Assembly: GCA_024636495.1 (NCBI GenBank)
Contig: JAGXGZ010000028.1
Location: 30,750-94,749, forward strand
DNA length: 64,000 nt
Direction of reading: 5' to 3'
DNA from: Roseobacter sp.
GTDB lineage: Bacteria; Pseudomonadota; Alphaproteobacteria; Rhodobacterales; Rhodobacteraceae
Within the stretch, counting starts at the first letter, position 1; every line of letters starts with the position of its first letter. Of this stretch, positions 21,314 through 30,941 are shown piece after piece. The position numbers were made by a program, and so were the translations under genes. The notes below the pieces were generated by a model. That model was not told the DNA's origin. It ran no database searches and saw only the letters and a program-made list of their open reading frames with translations.

Positions 21314-22180
21314 GTGAAAGATCGCACCAATTCGGGCTGGCTCTTTGTCCTGCCGGCAGCCGTGGTTCTGGGCATGGTCGGGTTGATACCGTTGATCACC
21401 GTCGTCAACTATTCATTCTTCGAAATCTTCATTCTGGACGCGCGGTTCTGGATCGGCACGGAATGGTATGCAGACATCATCGGCTCGGATCGTTTCTGGG
21501 CCAGCTTTGGCCGCAGTGCACTATTTTCCGCCTTGATCCTCGGGGTGCAAATCCCGCTGGGGATCGCGATTGCGCTGTGTATCCCCAGAAACAAGCTGTG
21601 GGTCGGTATCACCCTTGTCATCGTTGCGCTGCCGCTTTTGGTGCCGTGGAACATGATCCCTTCACTATGGCTTAGTTTGCTAAACCCCGAGAGTGGGATT
21701 CTGGGGCGCGTGCTGCCTGTGGTGGGCTGGCCAAGCGACTGGAAACTGTCCATTCCGCACACGTGGGCGGTGCTGGTCGTGATGGATGTGTGGCATTGGA
21801 CAAGTCTGGTGGTGATCTTGTGTTACAGCGCGCTTACGACGATCCCGCCCTCTTACTATCAAGCCGCCGCCATTGACGGGGCAGGGCCGTGGCAGGTTTT
21901 CCGGTTTATCCAACTGCCGCAGCTTTACAATGTGTTGCTGATGGCCGTTTTGCTCAGGTTCATGGATTCCTTCATGATCTATACCGAAGCCTTCCCGATC
22001 AACGCAGGCGGACCAAACGGGGCCACGATGTTTCTGGCAGTGGATTTGGGCGAAGAGATCAAGGCCTTCAACTACGGCCCATCGGCGGCGCGTTCGGTGA
22101 TCTGTTTCCTGATCATCCTGATCGTCGCATGGAGCTTTAGCAAAGCCCAAGGAAAGCTGGACGAGAGGCACCCGGCATGA
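21314..22180 (+). CDS. Carbohydrate ABC permease, paralogue of glpP
   Basis: Shares TVVNYS, DVWHWTSLV and LLRFMDSFMIYTE with 15577-16449. Confidence 0.88.
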   Translation: MKDRTNSGWLFVLPAAVVLGMVGLIPLITVVNYSFFEIFILDARFWIGTEWYADIIGSDRFWASFGRSALFSALILGVQIPLGIAIALCIPRNKLWVGITLVIVALPLLVPWNMIPSLWLSLLNPESGILGRVLPVVGWPSDWKLSIPHTWAVLVVMDVWHWTSLVVILCYSALTTIPPSYYQAAAIDGAGPWQVFRFIQLPQLYNVLLMAVLLRFMDSFMIYTEAFPINAGGPNGATMFLAVDLGEEIKAFNYGPSAARSVICFLIILIVAWSFSKAQGKLDERHPA

Positions 22181-22986
22181 TGCGTGCGTCGCGTGCGCTT
22201 GGTGCCCTGAAGCTGATCGGGCTTCTGACCTTTATGGCTTTCATCATCCTGCCGCTGATCCAAATGACACTGATCAGTTTCATTGCGACGCTTGCCCACC
22301 CTGATGCCGAAGTGGGCACGCTGACCTTGCGCAACTACCGTGCGATCTGGTCCGACCCAAACCTGCGTGCAGCGTTTGTGAATTCGATCGCCTATGTGCT
22401 GATCAACATCTGCATCACGGTGCCGGTTGCCATTCCAGCAGCCTATGCATTTTCGCGAATGTCCTTTGTGGGCGACAAGCATCTGTTTTTGGCGTTTATT
22501 GCCTTTCGCATTACGCCGCCCGTCGTGTTGACCCTGCCGATATTTCAGCTGTTCTCGACGCTTGGGATCGTAAATTCAGTCTTCGGGATTGCACTGGCCC
22601 ATTGCCTGTTCAACCTGCCGATATCTATCTGGATCTTGCAGGGGTTCATCTCGTCCATTCCAAGGGAAATGGACGAAACTGCCTTTCTTGACGGCTATTC
22701 GCGACCGGGTTTCATTTGGAAAATCCTGCTGCCCCAGATCGCACCGGGCATCGCGGTCACTGCGTTTTTCTGCTTCATGTTCTCGTGGGTCGAAGTCGTC
22801 TTTGCCCGCATCCTGACCACCACGAATGGCAAGCCGATATCGATGGCGCTAAGCGCCTTATTCGGATTTCAAACGGATATCGGTCTTGTCATGGCCGTGA
22901 CCGCCGCGTCCATGATCCCTGGTGCGATTTTGCTGTTTGCGATGCGAAGTCATCTGTCGAGAGGCTTCAAAATCGGCAAAGTCTGA
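22177..22986 (+). CDS. Carbohydrate ABC permease, paralogue of glpQ
   Basis: Shares AAYAFSR..F.GDKHLF, ALAHCLFN and DETA..DGYS with 14729-15577. Confidence 0.88.
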   Translation: MMRASRALGALKLIGLLTFMAFIILPLIQMTLISFIATLAHPDAEVGTLTLRNYRAIWSDPNLRAAFVNSIAYVLINICITVPVAIPAAYAFSRMSFVGDKHLFLAFIAFRITPPVVLTLPIFQLFSTLGIVNSVFGIALAHCLFNLPISIWILQGFISSIPREMDETAFLDGYSRPGFIWKILLPQIAPGIAVTAFFCFMFSWVEVVFARILTTTNGKPISMALSALFGFQTDIGLVMAVTAASMIPGAILLFAMRSHLSRGFKIGKV

Positions 22987-23024
22987 GGCATGTCATTCAG
23001 CCGGCGGTTGCGACTATGAGGCTG

Positions 23025-23156
23025 CTAGCCACCAACCTTTTTGCCAGCAATTGCCACCGTAGGCTTTCCGGCCAGTGAATTGGCTGTCGCGGTGACCTTT
23101 GCCTTTTCCTGCTTCGGTTTCTTGGTTTCTTTCTTGCTGTTTTTACCCTTGGCCAT
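23025..23156 (-). CDS. 43-aa Lys-rich small protein (absent from the ORF track)
   Basis: ATG at 23156 with GGAAGGG upstream; MAKGKNSKKETKKPKQEKAKVTATANSLAGKPTVAIAGKKVGG, stop TAG at 23025-23027. Confidence 0.65.
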   Translation of the reverse strand: MAKGKNSKKETKKPKQEKAKVTATANSLAGKPTVAIAGKKVGG

Positions 23157-23377
23157 TGTGTGCCCTTCCAAAATACAGCGATCCCCTGCCGAAATGGCAA
23201 AGAAAGGCTGCGAAATCGTGCTGGTTAAAGTCGCGATGGCGTTCCGTGGGCGCTGGTTTGTAAATCAAACGGCGTCAGAAACGTTGGATACAACATAGTG
23301 TGTTTGCGCATCCAAAGATATCACTGATCTGCGCTGACCCGACCAAGGCCAGCGCATCTTTGCCTAGAGGGCCGCAA

Positions 23378-23824
23378 TCACCGCAGTGATTTGGGAAAGG
23401 TCGCATTCTGGCGCAACTTGCACACGCCTTTTCCGCTCCACGATTGGGAAGACCCGGAGGGCCGCGCGGTCACACGCACCTCACCTGTGTCTTTGGTAAT
23501 GACGGCAGAGTAATTGAATGCGGGAACGTTTAATTGATCGCTGTCTTTGGCGTTCTTCAGGCGCCATGAAGCGATGATTTTGTTGTTGCGTGCACTCAAA
23601 CTGGCCTCAATCGGCTTTTGGTAGAAATTATAAATCACATTATCGATGACTTGGCCTTTTCCGTTGTTATCAATAACCACCATCAGTTTGTCAGAGACCC
23701 AACCAGATGTGCCGGGGCGCAAGGTTTGGCGTGAACTGGGGGTCACATCACATTCATACAGAACCGGCGCAGCTTGGCCGGCCAACGGCACGAGTGCCAC
23801 CCCAAGAGCCATCAACATTTTCAT
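23378..23824 (-). CDS. Exported hypothetical protein
   Basis: Signal peptide MKMLMALGVALVPLAGQA, beta-rich mature part with two Cys. Confidence 0.7.
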   Translation of the reverse strand: MKMLMALGVALVPLAGQAAPVLYECDVTPSSRQTLRPGTSGWVSDKLMVVIDNNGKGQVIDNVIYNFYQKPIEASLSARNNKIIASWRLKNAKDSDQLNVPAFNYSAVITKDTGEVRVTARPSGSSQSWSGKGVCKLRQNATFPKSLR

Positions 23825-24150
23825 CAATCGCAACAATACATCTCCAGATAAAAGCGCCCGGTACGGGCACCACTTCAGATTGTTTAAGTCGCCAGCTTGG
23901 GGAAAGTCCAACAGAAACACGCTGGATTTGCCATTTGATTTGCAAGACTACTGCCTAAGCCAAACCTAGAACCACAGATGGCAGACCCGTCCTTTACCGA
24001 CGTCAAAAATCCATGCGAGCAGCCGGTGCATTCAGGTCACAAGCGCCAGAGCCAAGGCCTGCTTTTAATCCTGAAAGCAGTGCAACGCGCAGTCTGATGA
24101 ACCTATTGGCGTTCAAGTCTGTCCATGTGTTCAGAACGTCCATCCTGCCC

Positions 24151-25101
24151 TCACTTCCTCCATAGCGTATTTCGCTCCTGTTCTCCGATGGAGTGTGAGA
24201 GGCTGGCGAACTGTTGCTTTATATATTTTCTGAACCGAACCACTGCGGGGCGCTCCGGACGGTCGATCCGGCGCAAAAGGCCAAGTTGGCGTTCGGGGTG
24301 CTCAATTCGGATGGGCAGGGCGACAAGGCTCTTGAGATGCTTTTGCAAAAACACCACCGAATAGGGCAACACCGTCAGGCTGTCCGATCCCTTGAGGACA
24401 TTCATGACCGATACCAAAGAACCGCCCGAAAAACTGACCTTGAAATCCGTGATGCCGATCCCCTTCAACACCTTGCGCAAGTCTTCGTAAAGTGGGCTGT
24501 CAGCGGGCGGAGTGATCCAAGGATAGGCTGCGATGTCACCAAGTTTCAAAGATGTCTTGCGCGCCAGCGGATGGGTGGGGGCGCAGGCAATCACATTGCG
24601 ACCAGGCAAAATCGTCTCGAAAGCATATTCGGGCGGCACGTGGTCATTCTTCAGGGGGCAGATCGCAAGATCGATATTTCCGGCTGACAACTGCTCCATC
24701 AGTTTTGTCGCGTAGCCGTAGGACTGGTCGATCCGAACATCGGGAAAAGCGATCTGAAAACCCGCAATCATGTTTGAAATCACGCCATCCATAAAGATCG
24801 GGCTGCCGGCGACCCGCGCCGTGCCAGACTTGCCGCCGGTATATTTGGTGATCGCCTGTGATGCGCGTTCTGTTGCGGCATGAATATCGCGCCCCTCGGC
24901 TGCCAACGTCAGACATAATTCGGTCGGTCGCAACGGCCGCCTGCCTTTCTCGAACAAGCGCGATCCGATCCGTGTTTCCAGCATGGAAATCGTGCGGGAC
25001 ACACTGGGTTGGGATTTGCCCAAAGCTGCAGCGCCTTCTGTCAGTCCGCCTGCGGCGACCACTGCTGACAGAATTTCAAGGTGACTGGGGTCAATTTTCA
25101 T
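24151..25101 (-). CDS. LysR-family regulator of the aromatic cluster
   Basis: AAALGKSQPSVSRTISMLE HTH; divergent from maleylacetate reductase. Confidence 0.93.
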   Translation of the reverse strand: MKIDPSHLEILSAVVAAGGLTEGAAALGKSQPSVSRTISMLETRIGSRLFEKGRRPLRPTELCLTLAAEGRDIHAATERASQAITKYTGGKSGTARVAGSPIFMDGVISNMIAGFQIAFPDVRIDQSYGYATKLMEQLSAGNIDLAICPLKNDHVPPEYAFETILPGRNVIACAPTHPLARKTSLKLGDIAAYPWITPPADSPLYEDLRKVLKGIGITDFKVSFSGGSLVSVMNVLKGSDSLTVLPYSVVFLQKHLKSLVALPIRIEHPERQLGLLRRIDRPERPAVVRFRKYIKQQFASLSHSIGEQERNTLWRK

Positions 25102-25114
25102 AACTTAAGGATAT
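25100..25114. promoter_or_regulatory. LysR recognition box (T-N11-A dyad) overlapping the lysR start codon
   Basis: ATAAC-TTAAG-GATAT, dyad ATA-N9-TAT. Confidence 0.55.
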
Positions 25115-25186
25115 ATTAAAGGGCTGTCTTTTGATCAAGTTCCAATTGGCGATCAGTTAGCATGCTTACAAAGGGAGGAGTCTGCC

Positions 25187-26257
25187 GTGACACAGGCTGT
25201 GAAATCAATCTGCGGCGGTGACGCTGTGCGGGTTCAGTTCGGTGCAGGCGTTCGCAAGACTGTCGCTGCCGAAGTTGCGCGTTTAGGTGCGACGCGGGCC
25301 ATGGTTGTGTCCACGCCAGCGCAATCCAGCCTTGCGATGGAAATCGCTGCAACGCTTGGGCCAGCTGCGGCGGGTATTTTCAGCAAGGCTGAGATGCACA
25401 CGCCTGTCGCAGCAACGCTAGAGGCTTTGGAACATCTGAAAAGTTGTGGTGCGGACTGCATTGTTGCTGTCGGCGGCGGGTCGACTATCGGTTTGGGAAA
25501 AGCGCTTGCCTACCGTACGGACCTGCCACAGATCGCCATCCCGACCACCTATGCAGGCAGCGAGGCAACGCCGGTATTGGGCCAGACGGAAAATGGCGTC
25601 AAAACCACGCTCAGCGATCCAAAGGTCCTGCCAGAGGTTATTCTTTATGACGCAGAGCTTGTTGCCACTTTGCCGGTTGGAATGACCGTAACATCCGGGC
25701 TAAATGCGATGGCGCACGCCGCTGAGGCGCTTTATGCGCCAACCCGCAGTGCGGCGTCGAACGCTTTGGCCGTTGACGGGTTGAACGCTTTTGTTGATGG
25801 CCTGCCACGTGTCATTGCTGACCCGGAAAATCTGTCTGTCCGCGAAGATACGTTACGCGGTGCTTGGGCATGCGGGGCGGTTTTGGGCCAAGTAGGGATG
25901 GGTTTGCACCACAAGCTGTGTCACACGCTTGGTGGTGCGTTCAATCTGCCCCACGCGCCGACGCACGCGGTTATTCTGCCGCACGCGATAGCGTATAACG
26001 CCCGCAGCGCTGCCGCCCAGCTTGCCCCGATTGTCGAGCTTCTTGGCGGTGATAATGCCGGAGCCGCCCTGTATGACTTCGCGAAATCACTTGGCGCACC
26101 GCTTGCTTTGCGCGATCTTGGTCTGACGGAGGATGACCTTGACCGTGCCACCGCGCTGGCCACATCGAAACCCTATCCCAATCCCCATCCGCTAAGCGCA
26201 CCTGGTATTCGGGCGTTGCTACAGGCGGCATGGGCCGGGGAAACACCTGTAATCTAA
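25187..26257 (+). CDS. Maleylacetate reductase
   Basis: GGGSTIGLGKA, PTTYAGSE, NAMAHAAE and MGLHHKLCHTLGG motifs. Confidence 0.9.
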   Translation: MTQAVKSICGGDAVRVQFGAGVRKTVAAEVARLGATRAMVVSTPAQSSLAMEIAATLGPAAAGIFSKAEMHTPVAATLEALEHLKSCGADCIVAVGGGSTIGLGKALAYRTDLPQIAIPTTYAGSEATPVLGQTENGVKTTLSDPKVLPEVILYDAELVATLPVGMTVTSGLNAMAHAAEALYAPTRSAASNALAVDGLNAFVDGLPRVIADPENLSVREDTLRGAWACGAVLGQVGMGLHHKLCHTLGGAFNLPHAPTHAVILPHAIAYNARSAAAQLAPIVELLGGDNAGAALYDFAKSLGAPLALRDLGLTEDDLDRATALATSKPYPNPHPLSAPGIRALLQAAWAGETPVI

Positions 26258-26284
26258 CGACATAGACGTCTGGGAGGACACCAT

Positions 26285-27559
26285 ATGATCACGCGACGCA
26301 AACTGCTTAAATCCACGGCTGCAACCGGACTGACACTGGCAGCAAGCGGGCTTGCCGCTCCGGCGCTTGCCCAAGGTGCAAAGATCAAACTGGGCTACGT
26401 CAGCCCGCAATCGGGACCATTGGCGGCATTTTCCGAAGCTGACCAGTTTATCATCCAGGGATTCCTTGGCTCGGATGCAGGGGCCAATTTCGAAGTTATC
26501 GTCAAAGACAGCCAGTCGAACCCGAACCGCGCGGCGGAAGTCGCCAAGGAACTGATCTTGGATGACGGGATCGACATGATGCTCGTCGCATCGACCCCCG
26601 AGACAACAAACCCCGTCGCGACCACCTGCGAAGCCGAGGAAATCCCTGTACTGTCGACCGTAGCGCCTTGGCAGCCCTATTTCATCGGGCAGCAGGGTAA
26701 TCCCGGTGATCCGGCATCTTGGCGGCCCTTCGATTTCAGCTTTCACTTTTTCTGGGGGTTGGAAGACGTCATCAGCGTCTTTACCGCAATGTGGAACCAG
26801 CTTGATACCAACAAGCAGGTCGGCGGCCTTTTTCCCAATGACGGGGATGGCAACGCATGGGGCGATCCGAACGTAGGCTTTCCACAGCCTCTGGCGGCAC
26901 AGGGGTACGGGCTGACCGATCCGGGTCGCTACCAGAACCTGACCGATGATTTCAGCGCCCAAATCAACGCATTCAAAGCCGCAAATTGCGAAATCGTCAC
27001 CGGCGTGCCGATCCCGCCAGATTTCACCACCTTCTGGACGCAGGCAAAACAGCAAGGGTTCGCGCCGAAAGTCGCCAGCATCGGCAAGGCGATCCTGTTC
27101 CCGCAAGCGGTAGAGGCTTTGGGCGATCAGGGCCACAACTTAAGTTCCGAGGTCTGGTGGTCGCCGTCCCACCCCTTTGCATCTTCGCTGACCGGGCAAT
27201 CGGCGGGCGATCTTGCGGCAGGCTATGCCGCTGAAACGGGCAAGCAATGGACACAGCCCATCGGATTTGCCCACGCGCTGTTCGAGATGGCCGCCGACGT
27301 CATGGGTCGTGTCGATGATAGCCGCGACCCCGATAAAGTCACCGCCGCGATTGCCGCGTCTCAGCTGAACTCTATCGTTGGTCGTATTGCTTTTGATGGC
27401 GCGGGCCTGCCACCCTTTGCAGCCGCAAACGTTGCGAAGACCCCCTTGGTCGGGGGGCAATGGCGTCTGAAAGACGGAGGCGGGTATGATTTGGTGATCG
27501 TGGATAATTCCGATCACGCCGAAATCCCGACAGGCGGCACGATGGAAGCCATCGTTTAA
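26285..27559 (+). CDS. ABC solute-binding protein (HAAT/LIV-type) with twin-arginine signal
   Basis: ITRRKLLK Tat motif, KDSQSNPNRAAE, type-1 periplasmic binding protein pattern. Confidence 0.88.
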   Translation: MITRRKLLKSTAATGLTLAASGLAAPALAQGAKIKLGYVSPQSGPLAAFSEADQFIIQGFLGSDAGANFEVIVKDSQSNPNRAAEVAKELILDDGIDMMLVASTPETTNPVATTCEAEEIPVLSTVAPWQPYFIGQQGNPGDPASWRPFDFSFHFFWGLEDVISVFTAMWNQLDTNKQVGGLFPNDGDGNAWGDPNVGFPQPLAAQGYGLTDPGRYQNLTDDFSAQINAFKAANCEIVTGVPIPPDFTTFWTQAKQQGFAPKVASIGKAILFPQAVEALGDQGHNLSSEVWWSPSHPFASSLTGQSAGDLAAGYAAETGKQWTQPIGFAHALFEMAADVMGRVDDSRDPDKVTAAIAASQLNSIVGRIAFDGAGLPPFAAANVAKTPLVGGQWRLKDGGGYDLVIVDNSDHAEIPTGGTMEAIV

Positions 27560-27607
27560 CGTATCTTTGGGGGCGCGGGGCAACCCCGCCCCATCAGGAA
27601 ATCTGCC

Positions 27608-28324
27608 ATGATCCTTTCGCTTGAAAATGTATCCAAGTCCTTTGGGGCTTTGACGGTGACCGACAGCGTCACTTTTGAGGTGCCTCAGGGGCAGGCGCTT
27701 GGGATTATCGGACCGAACGGGGCCGGTAAATCGACCCTGTTCAACCTGATCACCGGCAATATCCGGGCCGATCAGGGCCGCATTCACTTTGAGGGTCGCG
27801 ATGTGACACGCGTGTCTGCGATGGAGCGCTGTCTGACCGGGATCGGGCGTTCTTTTCAAATCCCTCAGCCGTTTGAAAAGCTGACGGTGTTCGAGACCCT
27901 TTTGGTGGCCGCCACCCACGGGCGCAACATGTCCGAGGCTGCGGTTGTGGAGGATTGTGCCGATATTTTGGTTCGCACCGAATTGATCGGACGGGCCAAT
28001 ACACCCGCCGGTCAGCTTTCCTTGCTTGAGCGTAAACGGCTGGAGCTTTCGCGCGCGATGGCCACGCAGCCAAAACTGCTGTTGCTTGACGAAATTGCGG
28101 GCGGCCTGACCGAGGGCGAATGCCGGGCTTTGATCGCCACGATCAAGGACATCCACGCGCAAGGTGTCACAATTATCTGGATCGAACACGTGCTTCACGC
28201 GCTGACCTCGGTGGTTGAAAGGTTGCTGGTGCTGGATTTTGGCAAGATCATCGGGATCGGTGCGCCCGAGGCTATTATGGCCTCGAAAGAGGTCCAGGAG
28301 ATATATCTGGGGATCGAAGTCTGA
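27608..28324 (+). CDS. ABC ATP-binding protein (LivG-like)
   Basis: GPNGAGKST, LLLDEIAGG. Confidence 0.92.
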   Translation: MILSLENVSKSFGALTVTDSVTFEVPQGQALGIIGPNGAGKSTLFNLITGNIRADQGRIHFEGRDVTRVSAMERCLTGIGRSFQIPQPFEKLTVFETLLVAATHGRNMSEAAVVEDCADILVRTELIGRANTPAGQLSLLERKRLELSRAMATQPKLLLLDEIAGGLTEGECRALIATIKDIHAQGVTIIWIEHVLHALTSVVERLLVLDFGKIIGIGAPEAIMASKEVQEIYLGIEV

Positions 28325-29031
28325 TGGCGCTTTTGCATACAGACGGGCTGACCGCCCATTACGGTGATTTCCAAGCACTGTTCGGCGTGGATATCACGCT
28401 GGACCAATCCGAAGTGGTCGCGATCATAGGGGCCAATGGTGCGGGCAAGACAACGCTCATGCGGTCGATTTCCGGTGTTTTGCGCAATGCACCTGGGATG
28501 GTCCGGTTTGACGGGGCGAATATCGGCGGCCAACCCGCTGATGAAATCATGGCTCAAGGTGTTGCGATGGTGCCCGAAGGCCGCAAGCTTTTCCCCTCGC
28601 TCAGTGTTGAAGAGAACCTGCTGATCGGCACCTACGGGCGCAAGACCGGGGGGCACTGGAACCTCAAAACCGTTTATGACCTGTTCCCGATCCTGCGCGA
28701 GCGTCGGAACAACCCCGGCACGGCTTTATCGGGTGGCCAACAGCAGATGGTCGCAATCGGCCGCGCCCTGATGAGCAATCCGCGCGTGCTGCTGTGTGAC
28801 GAGATCAGCCTTGGGCTGGCCCCAGTGGTGATCAAGGACATTTACAAAGCCGTGCCCGCGATCAAAGCGGCAGGCGCGTCCCTGATCGTGGTCGAGCAGG
28901 ACATCGGGCAGGCGATGGCTGTCGCTGACCGGGTTTATTGCATGATGGAAGGTCGCGTGACCCTGTCCGGCACGCCCGACACCCTTAGCCGCGAGGCGAT
29001 CCACAACGCGTATTTCGGAGCGGCGGCATGA
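28324..29031 (+). CDS. ABC ATP-binding protein (LivF-like)
   Basis: GANGAGKTT, LSGGQQQM, VPEGR. Confidence 0.92.
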   Translation: MALLHTDGLTAHYGDFQALFGVDITLDQSEVVAIIGANGAGKTTLMRSISGVLRNAPGMVRFDGANIGGQPADEIMAQGVAMVPEGRKLFPSLSVEENLLIGTYGRKTGGHWNLKTVYDLFPILRERRNNPGTALSGGQQQMVAIGRALMSNPRVLLCDEISLGLAPVVIKDIYKAVPAIKAAGASLIVVEQDIGQAMAVADRVYCMMEGRVTLSGTPDTLSREAIHNAYFGAAA

Positions 29032-29891
29032 TCTGGGTGGATACGATCGTCCAAGGTATCCTGTTGGGCGGGCTCTATGCGCTTTTTGCTGCGGGGCTAA
29101 GCCTTGTGTTCGGGATCATGCGATTGGTCAATCTGGCGCATGGCGATCTGATCGTTATGGGGGCTTATCTGATCTTGGTTCTGGTGACGCTGCTAGGCCT
29201 TTCGCCCTTCATCGCTGTGCTGATCGCCATGCCGATCATGTTTGCGCTGGGCTGGGGGCTGCAAAAATTCCTGCTCAACCGCACGCTGGGAGACGATATC
29301 CTTCCGCCGCTTCTGGTGACCTTTGGTCTGTCAATTGTGCTGCAAAACGCCCTTCTTGAAGGGTTCACGGCAGACAGTCAGCGGTTGCCCACGGATGCGC
29401 TAACGACGGCCTCGGTGCAGGTCGGGACGATCTCGCTCGGGGTTATGCCGCTGCTGACATTTGCATCGGCGATTTTGGTGATCATCGGGCTGAACCAGTT
29501 GTTTTACCGCACCTCGCTGGGCCGCGCGTTTCGTGCCACGTCGGATGATCCGGTCACGGCCAGTCTGATGGGCATCAAGCCCGCAAACATTTTTGCTGTG
29601 GCCACTGGCATTGCGATGATCATCGTCACGATTGCTGCCCTTTACCTTGGGCTACGCTCAAACTTTGATCCCAACATCGGGCCAGCGCGGCTGATCTACG
29701 CCTTCGAGGCGGTGATCATTGGCGGGTTGGGATCGCTGTGGGGCACGCTGGTCGGCGGGATCATCATCGGTGTCGCGCAAACTGTTGGTGCCGCGATCAA
29801 CCCCGAATGGCAAATCCTTGCCGGACATATCGCGTTTCTGGTGGTGCTGCTGATCCGCCCGCGCGGGCTTTTTCCAAGGGCACATGACTGA
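29028..29891 (+). CDS. ABC permease (LivH-like)
   Basis: GLSLVFGIMRLVNLAHG motif. Confidence 0.92.
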   Translation: MIWVDTIVQGILLGGLYALFAAGLSLVFGIMRLVNLAHGDLIVMGAYLILVLVTLLGLSPFIAVLIAMPIMFALGWGLQKFLLNRTLGDDILPPLLVTFGLSIVLQNALLEGFTADSQRLPTDALTTASVQVGTISLGVMPLLTFASAILVIIGLNQLFYRTSLGRAFRATSDDPVTASLMGIKPANIFAVATGIAMIIVTIAALYLGLRSNFDPNIGPARLIYAFEAVIIGGLGSLWGTLVGGIIIGVAQTVGAAINPEWQILAGHIAFLVVLLIRPRGLFPRAHD

Positions 29892-30940
29892 TGGCTTACA
29901 CCGTTCGAACACGTACCCGCGCTTCGGGGATTGCAGCGATCATTGGGGCAGCAATAGTCCTTGCGCTGGTCTTCTTGCCGCTTTTTGCCAGCCGCTCGTT
30001 GATTCAGGACATGTTTTTGATCCTGACCATGCTGGTGCTCGCGCAGTTCTGGAACTTGCTGGCGGGCTATGGCGGGCTGGTCAGCATCGGGCAACAGGCT
30101 TTTGTCGGCATGGGGGCCTATACGCTGTTTGGCGTGGTCATTTTGGGCGGGATTGACCCGGTGGCAGCGATCTTGTTTTCAGGGCTGGGTGCGCTGATCA
30201 TTGCCATTCCCACGGCCTTTTTCGCGTTTCGCCTGAATGGCGCGTATTTCGCCATCGGCACATGGGTCATCGCCGAGGTCGTGCGCCTGCTGGTCGCGCA
30301 ATGGAAAACCTTGGGCGGTGGGACCGGCACGTCACTCCCCCGCGAGGCGACGCGCGACATGTGGTTCGTGCCGACGGTTGAGACCCTGTTGGGCGTCAGA
30401 TCTGCTGCCGCCCGCGATATCCTGGCCTATTGGCTGGCGCTTGCCTTGGCTGTCGCCACAATCGGCGGGATTTATTGGCTGCTGCGTACCCGGCGCGGTC
30501 TGGCGCTGGCCGCGGTGCGCGATAACATCGAGGCCGCAAAATCCGTTGGTGTCGATGCGGTGCGGATGAAATGGATCGTGTTCCTGACCTCGGCCTTTGG
30601 CACAGGCCTCACCGGCGGGCTGATCTACATGCAAAAGGCGCGCATCAGCCCCGATGCGGCCTTTAGCGTGACCGACTGGACGGCTTACGTGATCTTTATC
30701 GTGGTCATTGGCGGTATCGGAACGATCGAGGGCCCGATCCTTGGTGTACTGATCTTTTTTGCCCTGCAATCCTTGCTGGCTGATTTCGGCAGCTGGTACC
30801 TCATGACGCTTGGCGTGCTTGCGATCACCATCATGCTTGTCGCACCGCGCGGCCTTTGGGGCTTGCTGTCAGAGCGCACAGGCCTTCACCTTTTCCCCGT
30901 CCGGCGTCAGCTGGTCGCCCCCAAACCATCGGAGACATAA
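29891..30940 (+). CDS. ABC permease (LivM-like)
   Basis: WNLLAGYGGLVSIGQ, GAYFAIGT, IGGIGTIEGP. Confidence 0.92.
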   Translation: MAYTVRTRTRASGIAAIIGAAIVLALVFLPLFASRSLIQDMFLILTMLVLAQFWNLLAGYGGLVSIGQQAFVGMGAYTLFGVVILGGIDPVAAILFSGLGALIIAIPTAFFAFRLNGAYFAIGTWVIAEVVRLLVAQWKTLGGGTGTSLPREATRDMWFVPTVETLLGVRSAAARDILAYWLALALAVATIGGIYWLLRTRRGLALAAVRDNIEAAKSVGVDAVRMKWIVFLTSAFGTGLTGGLIYMQKARISPDAAFSVTDWTAYVIFIVVIGGIGTIEGPILGVLIFFALQSLLADFGSWYLMTLGVLAITIMLVAPRGLWGLLSERTGLHLFPVRRQLVAPKPSET

Positions 30941-30941
30941 A

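Noticed and set aside
23825-24150. Possible displaced native dusA 5' end / distal att site, and a 39-aa ORF from 23978
   Set aside because: No APMMDW-like coding or att core match by eye; the ORF lacks an RBS. A computational search is still needed.
27140-28378. 412-aa minus-strand ORF
   Set aside because: Antisense shadow of ABC ATPase genes, a common artefact.
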